A stretch of DNA of 64,000 nucleotides from assembly GCA_018394315.1 (NCBI GenBank), contig CP074575.1, positions 1,768,615-1,832,614 of the forward strand, read 5' to 3'. The notes beneath the pieces were generated by a model. It had not been told where the DNA came from and searched no databases. It worked only from the letters and a program-made list of their open reading frames with translations. Each line of letters starts with the position of its first letter. Within the stretch, counting starts at the first letter, position 1. The translations under genes and the position numbers were made by a program. Positions 41,811-51,647 of this stretch are shown piece after piece. Origin of the DNA: Mycoplasmatota bacterium. GTDB taxonomy: Bacteria; Bacillota_I; Bacilli_A; MAG-NZ.

Positions 41811-42152
41811 CTATCTTCCCCTTTCAATCTCAGATTTAATTCTATTATATTCTTCTATCGTAATATCTCCATTTGCTAGTCTATTGTCTAAGATTTTTTG
41901 AGCACTAACGTCTTTCTTTTCCACTTGGAAAATTAATCTGTAGATAAATGCTACTACAAAATAGATAATTACCCAACAAACTACTATCCAAATCATCCCA
42001 AATGGCCAATAACTACCACCATAATGTCCCATCATGTGGCCACCATAATAGTAATCACCTCTTAATACATTATTTGATTGATAATTGAGAAACCAAATAC
42101 CACCAAGTATCAACACTAATATAACTATAGTAAATATAACTATTTTTTTCAT
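41811..42152 (-). CDS. SHOCT-domain membrane protein with a His/Met-rich loop
   Basis: GGHMMGHYGG; AQKILDNRLANGDITIEEY. Confidence 0.8.
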   Translation of the reverse strand: MKKIVIFTIVILVLILGGIWFLNYQSNNVLRGDYYYGGHMMGHYGGSYWPFGMIWIVVCWVIIYFVVAFIYRLIFQVEKKDVSAQKILDNRLANGDITIEEYNRIKSEIERGR

Positions 42153-42199
42153 CTTATCTCCTCCTACATTAATCTTATAAAATAACTATGAATAGATTA

Positions 42200-43465
42200 T
42201 TATTTAAACTCATTAAGGAATATTTTGAATTCTGTTCCAACTCCCTCTTTACTTAATACTTCAAGCTTTCCCCCTAAATCCAGTACAAGCAAGTTGACAA
42301 TATAAAGACCTAATCCAGATCCTTTTTTATGTAAATCAGTAGCACTTTCAACTCTATAATCCTTTTTAAATATATTTTTTAAGTGTTTATCTTGAATACC
42401 AATGCCTTTATCCTTTACAGAGAATATAATCATTTCACTCCTCTTGAGTGAGACCTCAACATAACTACTGGTTTTAGAATAGTAATAGCTATTTGATAGT
42501 AAATTGTAGATGATTCTAGAAACAGATTCCCTTTCACCTGTTATCATAATCCCTTCTTCTACATCTACCGATAAGTTGATATCTTTTGTATCAAAAACGT
42601 TTAGAAATCGCTCACAATGCTCTACTATCATTTCTGATAAATTAATTTCCTCCAAGATATACTCACTCTCGCAACTATTGACTGACTCAATTAGATTATT
42701 TAGTGTTGCAACTTCCTCTTTTAGTATTGTTAGAACGTCACCATTAATTTTAAGTCTATTAGATTCAACTCCTTCTAAATAACTCAATAATATTGTTAAG
42801 GGCGTCTTCATATCGTGTGTGATTGTTTGAAGCTCTTTTGTTCTAGATATCTTTAGTTTCGCATAATCATTGGTTATCCTATCAACTTCATTGTAAATTT
42901 CATGGAAATCTTGAAAATGAAATTCCTTATCTATAGTATCACTTTTGTTTATTTTCAATTTAAGTTTACTCATATCTTTCAAAACCTTATTAACCCTGAT
43001 CGAGATGTAATTATAATAGAAAATAAGACTTGCTATATAAACTACCAAGATAAAAAGATTAGTTACTAATAAAAATGTATTATTTAATAACGTATTTACC
43101 GAATAGGTACTGTCAATCAATACCTTACCCACTATTTCATCCTCTATATTTAGTGTGTATGATTTATAGTTACTTCCTATCAATTCAGTTTCATATAATA
43201 AGGAATCATTATAGAAGTACTTGATTGATGTGTTGTGAATATGTGAGTAGTGCTCGATGTATTCATTAACAGAATCTTTTCCATTATCTCTTATCATATG
43301 TTCCACTACCGAAGCAAAAGCTATTTCCTTTTGTACAGTTGAATGGTTTTCATAGTTGTTATTAAACAAAAATATTCCTATATTCATAATAAAGAAAATC
43401 AATGTAAACATTATACTTAGTTTTAGTACAAAATCTCTCTTGAAAAATCTTTTAAAGTCATTCAT
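42200..43465 (-). CDS. Sensor histidine kinase
   Basis: THDMKTPL, NLLSNS, DKGIGI, GSGLGL. Confidence 0.93.
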   Translation of the reverse strand: MNDFKRFFKRDFVLKLSIMFTLIFFIMNIGIFLFNNNYENHSTVQKEIAFASVVEHMIRDNGKDSVNEYIEHYSHIHNTSIKYFYNDSLLYETELIGSNYKSYTLNIEDEIVGKVLIDSTYSVNTLLNNTFLLVTNLFILVVYIASLIFYYNYISIRVNKVLKDMSKLKLKINKSDTIDKEFHFQDFHEIYNEVDRITNDYAKLKISRTKELQTITHDMKTPLTILLSYLEGVESNRLKINGDVLTILKEEVATLNNLIESVNSCESEYILEEINLSEMIVEHCERFLNVFDTKDINLSVDVEEGIMITGERESVSRIIYNLLSNSYYYSKTSSYVEVSLKRSEMIIFSVKDKGIGIQDKHLKNIFKKDYRVESATDLHKKGSGLGLYIVNLLVLDLGGKLEVLSKEGVGTEFKIFLNEFK

Positions 43466-44156
43466 CTAAATTACCTATAAACTTATATCCTAAACCATAG
43501 ATAGTCTTGATGAAAGAAGGATTCTTAATATCATCCTTTATTTTCTTTCTTATATTTTTAATATAGACATCAATAACTCTATCAAAGACATCTGAACCAT
43601 TGCCAAAACAATATTCCAACAATTGATCTCGAGTGAATATTTGAAAAGGATTTGAAGCTAGGTGTAATAGCACTCTATATTCATTACTCGTAAGTTCCAT
43701 ATCAGTATCACCTACTTTTATTATGTTGTTTTTAAGTGAAATTAATAATTTACCTCTGTTAAATGAAAGTATGTTTTTAACATTTTTGTTTCTCTTCTTA
43801 AGGAAATTTTTAATTTTTAGAAGTAGCTCATCACAGGAGAATGGCTTTACTATATAGTCATCTGCACCGATCTTCAATCCATATAATTTATCATCTATAT
43901 TAGTTTTAGCCGTTAATATAATAATATGGACATCTGAATTAACTCTTATCCTTTTAATCATTTCTTCACCTGATAATCCAGGAAGCATTAAATCAGATAT
44001 TACAATATCAATATCATAATTATTGAAAATTTCTAACCCTTCTTCCGCGCTAAGTGCTGAATAAACACTGTATCCTTCCTGCCCACAGTAAAGTGATATT
44101 AGGTTGTTGATTTTTTGGTTATCTTCGACTATCAAAATATTATTCAAATTTAACAC
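43458..44156 (-). CDS. OmpR-family response regulator
   Basis: IVED, DLMLPG, GADDYIVKPF, winged-helix IKTIYGLGY. Confidence 0.95.
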   Translation of the reverse strand: MLNLNNILIVEDNQKINNLISLYCGQEGYSVYSALSAEEGLEIFNNYDIDIVISDLMLPGLSGEEMIKRIRVNSDVHIIILTAKTNIDDKLYGLKIGADDYIVKPFSCDELLLKIKNFLKKRNKNVKNILSFNRGKLLISLKNNIIKVGDTDMELTSNEYRVLLHLASNPFQIFTRDQLLEYCFGNGSDVFDRVIDVYIKNIRKKIKDDIKNPSFIKTIYGLGYKFIGNLDE

Positions 44157-44336
44157 CTCTACTTATAATTAATATAACCACTAATTATATGGGAAATGTG
44201 TTGTTTGAATATTATATAAAAAAAATACTGAGTATCAGTAGTTAATGTTTGTTATTTCCTATATATAATAACTCAAACGTATAGTCAAAATTTATGTGAG
44301 TTGAAGTGGTTTCTTAATATTGGAGTGGATTTTGAT

Positions 44337-44492
44337 TCTAAAGAAAGAAAGTTTTTTAAAACTTTCTTCTATATAATATTTAGTTTTATTTTAATTTATT
44401 ATTTTTTATATATCCCTTGACTTGGGGCAGCAGAACCCATTTGTTGCTGAGCCATAGAAACCAATCTATCTGTAGCTTCATAAACCACCAAC
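44337..44492 (-). repeat. sspA 3'-end/terminator copy B with 50-bp att-like site 44443-44492
   Basis: Near-identical to 51304-51436. Confidence 0.95.
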
Positions 44493-44682
44493 TTTTGACA
44501 ACTTATTACAAAGATTTACATGTACTGATTCAAAGTCCTCTTTTACTAGCTATTACCGAAAAATCAGATAGAATGTCCACTTCAAGATGTTAATTAATCC
44601 TTTGTAATTATTAGATAAAAGGACAAGATTTCAACAAACCTAGTCTTTTTATCTAGTCCTTAACTTACAGCTTAAATAATAA

Positions 44683-47037
44683 CTAATCATTTCTTATTTC
44701 TAAGTTTGGATGGTAATAGGAAATATTATAGTTAGCTATTCCATTTCCTCTATTAATCTTAAAAAATTCTAATATATAATCCTTGTCCTTATCATCATAC
44801 GAGTGTTCTTGTGTTTTATTTGTAATAAACTGACCCGTTCCACCCAACTCATAATATATGTCAATTATATTGAACCACTTCTCAGGCATATCACGTCCAA
44901 TTAAGCCTATTAATAAATCTCTTTCTTCTTCTGTGAACGTGTCATACCCCCAAAGAGGATCATTAGTGTCTAGCATTCCAAGATGGAATAATTTAGGTAA
45001 ATCACCATATGTTTTACTATCAAATTCAGAACCAAATAAGTATTCATGATTAGCTATTCCTACAGGATAAATCAGTTCAGACCCTTGATAATTATCACTT
45101 GGTAAAATTGGATGATGAATTCCTCCAACATAAACAGCTTTGAATTCTTCCGGATAAATTGATGATAATCTATTTGCAAATGCTCCTCCTGTTGAAAATC
45201 CACCAATAAATACTTTCTCCTCAAGGTCAAATCCAGCTTCACTTAGTCTTTCCTTCGCATCATCTAGTATATTCATCATCTGGACCTCATAGTTTTTGAG
45301 TAACTCAAGGTCTTCTCGAGTATATATAGAACCCTTACTAATTTCCATATTTTCAAATTCATCTTCCAAGTACATAGTAGTACTATCTAAGTCTTGTGGC
45401 TTTATAACTTCAGTTACTTCACTTGTGATGTTTCTAACATCAGGTCGTGGAGTTATTGGCATTACTCTTGGGACATGAAGTTCATCAGAAACATAATACA
45501 TTACTCTCCAATTTTCATGTAGCGACTCATAAGCCTCAATAATAGTTTCTATGAAATTGTCATTAGACTTAGGGTTATTAGTTTCAAATATTAGATATGA
45601 TAAGTCATTACTATTTATTAATTGATTATTGGATGTTGGTAGTTGTATAAAATATGGATAATTAAAACCTTTATCTGGATTAGCAGGTATAAATACAATT
45701 TTACCATAATCCGTATTTTTGAAACTTGTTCCAAGTTCTATAATCTCCCTCATTTCTCTCTCTTGCCATGAAAGAATCTCTGAAATATCAGCTATCCCTG
45801 ATATTTCAGATGTAAATAAATCATCTGGTAATACTTCAAACATCTTGATTAAGTTTGACTCACTACTAGCGTTAAGTATAATAATATGCTTTCCATCATA
45901 ATTTCTTGACAAGTATTGATTTTCTTCAAGTCTTGAAGCTTCTGGAATCAATTCTTTTATATACAATGGGAAATCTTGATTCGGAATATTTAAAACAATT
46001 ATTTGACTGGCGTAGTCTATTTCATTTTGAGTCACATTCTGATTTGATTGTTTACTACAATTATCAAATTGATAAAAATCTATCATTCTATTTACAGATT
46101 CTCTTTGTCCAATAATCAAATTATCCTTTAAATCATCTTCATTATAGAATTCCATTTCGGGATCAGATGGAGGAGTAATAATTTCATGTACGTCTTTCAC
46201 AATTTCAATACGTGACAATTTATTATTTGGAGGTGCAATAACACCTTCTTTGTCAGTATATATTGTATATACGTCAACATTCATCGGGTTAATTGGACTA
46301 AATACATTAGTTTCCCTAAATAAATTATCTATATATGCCCTATAATCAGATTCACCAGTATTAACATATAATACTAACTGTTCTCCATCTACTATTAAGT
46401 TGTATCCATTTTTCAATTCAAAAAAAACTGGAATTCTCCTCTCAAGAAGAATATACCAATCCCACCATGCTGGATTACTAAAATGATAATTCCCGTCTAA
46501 CAAAATTGAGTGAACTTGATCTCCTCTTTCTATTTCTTCATTTTCAACAAACTCTCGAACATTCTTCATACTTGCCAACCAGTATGGTAAGTCTATCCCT
46601 AGCGTATGATGTACGTGCCTTTGTAAGTAATTTAGTGCATCTTCATCTCCGGCAACGAAAAAATTATCATCGACGAAATATTCGTCTACAATTATTTTTA
46701 ATTCTTCATAAGATATTTGGTAACCTTCTTTTAAAGAATTAATGACATCAGTGAGTTGAATTACTTCCTCTTTTTTTTCTGTTGAGACATCAGAATCATC
46801 TTCTCGAGTGTTGCCCTCTGTATCAATTACATCGACAATCTCACTTGGAACATTATCTCCAGTTCCATCATCTGTTGTAATTTTTTCAGTAGTCTCACCA
46901 GAATCACTTTCTGCTAAAGTTTCTTCTTGTTCAATAATTCCCGCTACCTCACCAATTCCAGCAGTGTTATCTGTACATCCAATCAACATAAAAACTATTA
47001 AGAGTATCATTACTTTTTTCCACATAAGTACCTCCAT
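44683..47037 (-). CDS. Large acidic lipoprotein with a C-terminal alpha/beta-hydrolase-like domain
   Basis: LIGC lipobox, acidic linker, GGFSTGG nucleophile elbow, candidate Asp (DTND) and His (QEHSY). Confidence 0.65.
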   Translation of the reverse strand: MEVLMWKKVMILLIVFMLIGCTDNTAGIGEVAGIIEQEETLAESDSGETTEKITTDDGTGDNVPSEIVDVIDTEGNTREDDSDVSTEKKEEVIQLTDVINSLKEGYQISYEELKIIVDEYFVDDNFFVAGDEDALNYLQRHVHHTLGIDLPYWLASMKNVREFVENEEIERGDQVHSILLDGNYHFSNPAWWDWYILLERRIPVFFELKNGYNLIVDGEQLVLYVNTGESDYRAYIDNLFRETNVFSPINPMNVDVYTIYTDKEGVIAPPNNKLSRIEIVKDVHEIITPPSDPEMEFYNEDDLKDNLIIGQRESVNRMIDFYQFDNCSKQSNQNVTQNEIDYASQIIVLNIPNQDFPLYIKELIPEASRLEENQYLSRNYDGKHIIILNASSESNLIKMFEVLPDDLFTSEISGIADISEILSWQEREMREIIELGTSFKNTDYGKIVFIPANPDKGFNYPYFIQLPTSNNQLINSNDLSYLIFETNNPKSNDNFIETIIEAYESLHENWRVMYYVSDELHVPRVMPITPRPDVRNITSEVTEVIKPQDLDSTTMYLEDEFENMEISKGSIYTREDLELLKNYEVQMMNILDDAKERLSEAGFDLEEKVFIGGFSTGGAFANRLSSIYPEEFKAVYVGGIHHPILPSDNYQGSELIYPVGIANHEYLFGSEFDSKTYGDLPKLFHLGMLDTNDPLWGYDTFTEEERDLLIGLIGRDMPEKWFNIIDIYYELGGTGQFITNKTQEHSYDDKDKDYILEFFKINRGNGIANYNISYYHPNLEIRND

Positions 47038-47158
47038 CTATAGAATGTATTGACTTATTATATCATGAATAAATATTTATAGAGTTCAATTAAGATGCAA
47101 TCCTTCGACAAAGATTAACTGAATCTAGATTGAGGTCAGATTCAATATGATAGTTTAA

Positions 47159-47236
47159 GGAGAGACTAAAGGGAATCGAACCCTCGTAAGTCAAACATAC
47201 ACTTATTTCAATATGTATTTTTTCAAAGATCGATCG
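47159..47236 (-). repeat. tRNA-like T-arm fragment plus flank (R2), homologous to 51124-51203
   Basis: CGAGGGTTCGATTCCCTTTAGTCTCTCC; flank aligns with the 51.1-kb copy. Confidence 0.7.
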
Positions 47237-47454
47237 TATTCTATTTGATGAATGATGAGTTTATTATATCTGTAAATGATTAACCTCATCAATTCATCTA
47301 CTTCTATTATAAGATTTATACGGAATGATTCGTTCTGTTCAAAAAAATAATTTAATTTTTTGATTTACCATAGAAATAATTATAGATATAATATCTGCTT
47401 ATAACAAAAAAAAGACAAGATTTCTTTAAAATCATGTCTTTTTCTAGTCATTAA

Positions 47455-47660
47455 TATAATCATTTCATATTTCTAGGTTTGGATGGTAATATGATATATT
47501 ATAGTTAGCTACTCCATCTCCTATATTAACCTTAAAAAATTATAATATATATATATATTCCATACCGTCTTGATCATAAAAATATTTTTGTGTCTTATCA
47601 TACCCCCAACGAGGATCATTAGTGTCCAACATTCCAAGATGGAATAATTTAGATAAATTA
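47455..47660 (-). pseudogene. Degenerate duplicate of the 3' end of the 784-aa lipoprotein gene
   Basis: Matches ~44685-44820 and ~44943-45003 with the middle deleted; followed by the same R4 terminator. Confidence 0.8.
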
Positions 47661-47780
47661 TTTTATAATCAAAAATATATGTGTGTAAATGACAAAATCG
47701 AAGAATGAGTTGTTAACACTTTTTTTATATATGAATCACTAATTTCCTTCAAAATTTCTATGACCTCACTAACATAGGAA

Positions 47781-48617
47781 TTACCCATTACCTGATCCGG
47801 AGATTGGATCTGGGAAGTACATTCCTTCAAAATTAAAAAGTCCATTTTCAATAGCATATGTTAACGTCATTATTTCATCATTGACCAAAAAAACATAATC
47901 AGAAAATGATCCACCTACAATAGTGTGATTATCAATGGATTCTTCGTAATCAGAATCATAACTATGATTAGTATTGTAATATAATGGCATTTTGCGATAC
48001 ATTCCAAGATAAACGCTATTCTTGCCTAGATAATCAATGATGATATCTGGAACAAAGTCCTTTTCATTTATCAGTACTGCTTTAGCCGAAGTCTTTCCAG
48101 GAAAAGATTCCAACATAACATCATAAGTTATTTCAACTAGGTTTCCAACCTCAAACTCATCTGAAACTCCTTTGCAAAACTTTGGTTTTTTTTCAATATT
48201 TACAATAGTCATACCCTCATCAAGAGTATTAACCCAAATACTTTCTTCTTTTACTTTGACAATGGGTCCCAACACATTGTAATTAACTTCATAAATTGCT
48301 GGATAGTTTGCCTTTACAGCAGTGGCATTCCATGGATAACTAGATTTATCAAGATCCTTAATTTCAAATTCTAGATGATGTCGCCACAGTTCAACCTCAG
48401 GAAAATTGTCTGGAAGTTCAGTTTCATAATTAATCTCAACCCACACATAACCATAGTTAGATAACCTATCTGGTATCAATAATTTATTATCCTTTTGATC
48501 TCTTGGCCTTCCTGCAACCATGTTATCAAATAATGGATTATTATCAACCGGAGAACAATTATTGTCTTTACAACCTACTAAATTTAGTAATAAAATCAGG
48601 AATATGATTTTTCTCAT
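47781..48617 (-). CDS. Lipoprotein with a DUF3221/YobA-like domain
   Basis: LVGC lipobox; VGNLVEITYDVMLESFPGK. Confidence 0.65.
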   Translation of the reverse strand: MRKIIFLILLLNLVGCKDNNCSPVDNNPLFDNMVAGRPRDQKDNKLLIPDRLSNYGYVWVEINYETELPDNFPEVELWRHHLEFEIKDLDKSSYPWNATAVKANYPAIYEVNYNVLGPIVKVKEESIWVNTLDEGMTIVNIEKKPKFCKGVSDEFEVGNLVEITYDVMLESFPGKTSAKAVLINEKDFVPDIIIDYLGKNSVYLGMYRKMPLYYNTNHSYDSDYEESIDNHTIVGGSFSDYVFLVNDEIMTLTYAIENGLFNFEGMYFPDPISGSGNG

Positions 48618-48922
48618 AACTTAAGACTCCTTATACTTTTGATCTCATCATTAAAAAACATTCATCAGAGTAAACATAAATTCTAATATTATAATCCCAT
48701 AAAATGTAGATATGGAATAAATCTTTTCGATCTTTATACATCTACTGTTTAGGATTTAAAACAATTACAGTAAAATTGTATTATTAGACCAATAATTGAA
48801 GAACGTATTTTATTTGAAGAGTGTACTCTTTTTAAGTAACGTATATTTTAAGAATCGTATAGATTCGACAATAACAAGGTCAATTCCAATACGATTCTAC
48901 TACTTAAATTTACGATTATGGA

Positions 48923-49867
48923 TTAACTAATATGATTGCTTTCTAAATATGATTTTAGCCATGAACTCATTTTCCTTGCGATATTCATGGGTTCTCCAGT
49001 CACTCCACCGTTATGTATCGCTACAATCCTATTTTGTGAATCATAAACAGGTGAACCGCTTTGACCAGATGTAGCATCAACTTTATACTCAATAGTATAT
49101 AGATTGAGATCATAAACTGGTCCATCAGCGGTCCACATTGTCTTTGACGTTGCATCTGGAGTTGTGTTAGGATAGCCAGTTAAGTTAATGTTTTGTGCAA
49201 TTAATACATTATCATGTAAATCAAATATTTTTACTCCGCTGTCCACGTTAGAAGAAAGAGTGATTACTCCCCAATCATGATTAGTTGAACCGCTACTCTC
49301 CCACTGAGATGCAACTGAAATTGTTGCTGCATACTCCGTACTAAAATGATTAGTATTTTCGTCTACTCCCGGAGACACAGTAACCGCATAAGCCCATCCT
49401 AAGTTATCTTTATGATCATACAGACAATGTCCAGCAGTTAGTACACTGTTTGCATCTATCATTGCACCTGTACAATAGCCGTTATATATATCATTATTCA
49501 CATCCTTGTAGTACATTTTCAGGTGTACTATTCCTGAATACGGATCGGCAGTTGTGTCAGTAACCCTAACTCGATCGTCATCTGATGGTGTTGGTAAGAT
49601 ACTTTTAATATCGTTATCAAGACCTAAATGTGCTTCAGCATAAGTCGGATAATCACCTAGCACTCTATCACCTACAGTTAACTGTCCTGTTTCGCTATCA
49701 TATACAACTTTCTCTAAATCAATACTGATTTCTTCTATCTCTTCCTTATATTTTCCATTCTTAGCAAGTACGTCTTGTCCGGAAATAGTGAATAAACATA
49801 AAAACAAACACATCATAATTACTTTTTTCATCCCAAATCTCACTTTCTTTTTTTTTGTGAATTCCAT
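48923..49867 (-). CDS. Secreted trypsin-like serine protease (V8/Mpr glutamyl-endopeptidase type); likely start ATG 49831
   Basis: CTG, LTAGHC, DWGVI, GQSGSPV catalytic triad motifs. Confidence 0.88.
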   Translation of the reverse strand: MEFTKKKKVRFGMKKVIMMCLFLCLFTISGQDVLAKNGKYKEEIEEISIDLEKVVYDSETGQLTVGDRVLGDYPTYAEAHLGLDNDIKSILPTPSDDDRVRVTDTTADPYSGIVHLKMYYKDVNNDIYNGYCTGAMIDANSVLTAGHCLYDHKDNLGWAYAVTVSPGVDENTNHFSTEYAATISVASQWESSGSTNHDWGVITLSSNVDSGVKIFDLHDNVLIAQNINLTGYPNTTPDATSKTMWTADGPVYDLNLYTIEYKVDATSGQSGSPVYDSQNRIVAIHNGGVTGEPMNIARKMSSWLKSYLESNHIS

Positions 49868-50087
49868 AGTTTAATGTCTTAAATATTGTATCCTCTTAAA
49901 TACTCCTTTCTAATACTAATATGAAATAGTGTTTGTACTATTGATGTGCGAAAAAAATGTAATAGTCCCTACTATCAAATATTAATTTCATCGTTATAAT
50001 CAACACTTAAGAACTCAAAAACAAATATATTTGAATTCACAATTAAATTATACACTGACTATTATAGAATTCAAAATTTTTTTGTAG

Positions 50088-50152
50088 TCTAGCAACATTG
50101 TTCAAAAAACACTGCTTTAAGGGGGGTAATTTAGGGTGTTGATGCAAGATTT
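50088..50152. repeat. Repeat R3, second copy
   Basis: Aligns with 35186-35250. Confidence 0.8.
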
Positions 50153-50627
50153 CATATAAAAGTTAAAAAAAGAAATGATATAAGAAATAATATTGACAGC
50201 AAATATCTCCAAAAAGGGTATCAATGATTAAGTGGATTTAATATCTTTTTTTATGAATGGAGAAAGTTCAACTTATTCCATATCAAGGAGAAATTATACT
50301 CAATCAGTTGACTATAATTCTTAAATTAGCAATTGCCCTTGCTAACTTAATCTATATAAGTAACAATAATTGAATCTACATAAACTCGTCTATCTCATAC
50401 AATAGCTTGTTTAGACGTGAGTCACTAAAGTATGTATACTTACAAAAGTGTCAATTAACTGTTTGTGAGGAGACACACACTTACTACTACAAGCAGCTAA
50501 ACCATACCATTGGTTTTTAAAATCAGCAGGCATTATCAATACATCTCAAGTAAGTGATCGAATGGTGGAATTATATGTACTCATATTAACTCTCACCAAT
50601 TTATCTACTTCCATTATATCACTTACT

Positions 50628-50825
50628 CTAAAATCTTATATGGACCACTCTTTTAAATTGATTTGACCTCCTCAATACAATAGATAACTCTTCAGCTAGG
50701 TTTTCTGATTCAATAAGTGATGCTTTATTACTTATGCTCCAAAGTTCCAAATTGTCTTCATAAATGCAGATTCCATGTATGCGGTCATCTTTATCCACAA
50801 TGCTTATTAGATTCATATTAATCAC
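50628..50825 (-). pseudogene. Short ORF with RBS, probably the 5' remnant of a decayed gene
   Basis: AAGGAG RBS; downstream 50200-50620 is stop-ridden; family not recognised. Confidence 0.35.
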
Positions 50826-51123
50826 TCCTTATGAAAAGGATAGTGAATCTTTTACTACAAATCAATATAATATAATTGAATAATTAATTATTTTCTATTA
50901 CACTCTATAAATTTCTTTTAGTACAAACAGTATAGCAAAGATGGATGTCCAATCGTTCTTCCAGTGTTTACTCAATACATATTCAAGTCATCTATGTACA
51001 AAATTAAAATCATTATTCAGTCATAGAAATCCATTCACAGAGGACTAAGTATCGACAATAATCAGATACTGACTATGTAAATAAAAAAGATTAGATGTAA
51101 TCATCCAATCTCATGAGTCTCAA

Positions 51124-51203
51124 TGGGGTGACTGAAGGAATCGAACCCTCATACGTTAAACTTATACTTACTTCAATATATAATCTTTCAAAAAATAAAT
51201 CGC
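51124..51203 (-). repeat. tRNA(His-like) 3'-end fragment plus flank (R2)
   Basis: GAGGGTTCGATTCCTTCAGTCACCCCA; no 5' half. Confidence 0.7.
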
Positions 51204-51312
51204 TAAAAAACAGTATTGACTAAACTTATATAAAAAGTTCATTTCGATTAACGTACAGTATAATTTTCATAGTTCCTAAGCACCAGAATTAAAATGATTA
51301 TACTCTAAAAGA

Positions 51313-51336
51313 AAGAAAGTTTTTTAAAACTTTCTT
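51313..51336 (-). terminator. Intrinsic terminator of sspA
   Basis: AAGAAAGTTTT/AAAACTTTCTT stem followed by TCTTTT. Confidence 0.7.
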
Positions 51337-51366
51337 CTATATAATATTTAGTTTTATTTTAATTTA

Positions 51367-51588
51367 TTATTTTTTATATGTCCCTTGACTTGGGGCAGCA
51401 GAACCCATTTGTTGTTGAGCCATTGAAACCAATCTACGAGTTATTTCTCCACCAACTGACCCGTTTTGTCTAGCCGTACTGTCAGGTCCTAATGTTACAC
51501 CAAGTTCACTGGCAATCTCGTATTTCATTTGATCGATTGCAGCCTGTGCTCCTGGAACTACTAATTTATTATAAGAGTTTTGAGCCAT
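51367..51588 (-). CDS. sspA: Alpha/beta-type small acid-soluble spore protein
   Basis: [25 protein letters not shown]...[15 protein letters not shown]; downstream of thiI as in Bacillus; GGAGGTG RBS. Confidence 0.95.
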   Translation of the reverse strand: MAQNSYNKLVVPGAQAAIDQMKYEIASELGVTLGPDSTARQNGSVGGEITRRLVSMAQQQMGSAAPSQGTYKK

Positions 51589-51647
51589 AATGTCACCTCC
51601 TGTCAATAATATCTTTTACATTACTGACAAGATGATACTCAAATTCA

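Noticed and set aside
35792..44235. ATACT(C/G)AGTAT palindromes near both ends of the copper module as transposon ends
   Set aside because: Only 11 bp, AT-rich, with no target duplication or transposase; chance cannot be excluded
29851..51436. sspA-derived repeats as a CRISPR array or classical integron attC sites
   Set aside because: The repeats are ~135 bp and 0.6-9 kb apart, derive from a coding gene, lack attC R-box structure, and no cas or intI gene is present
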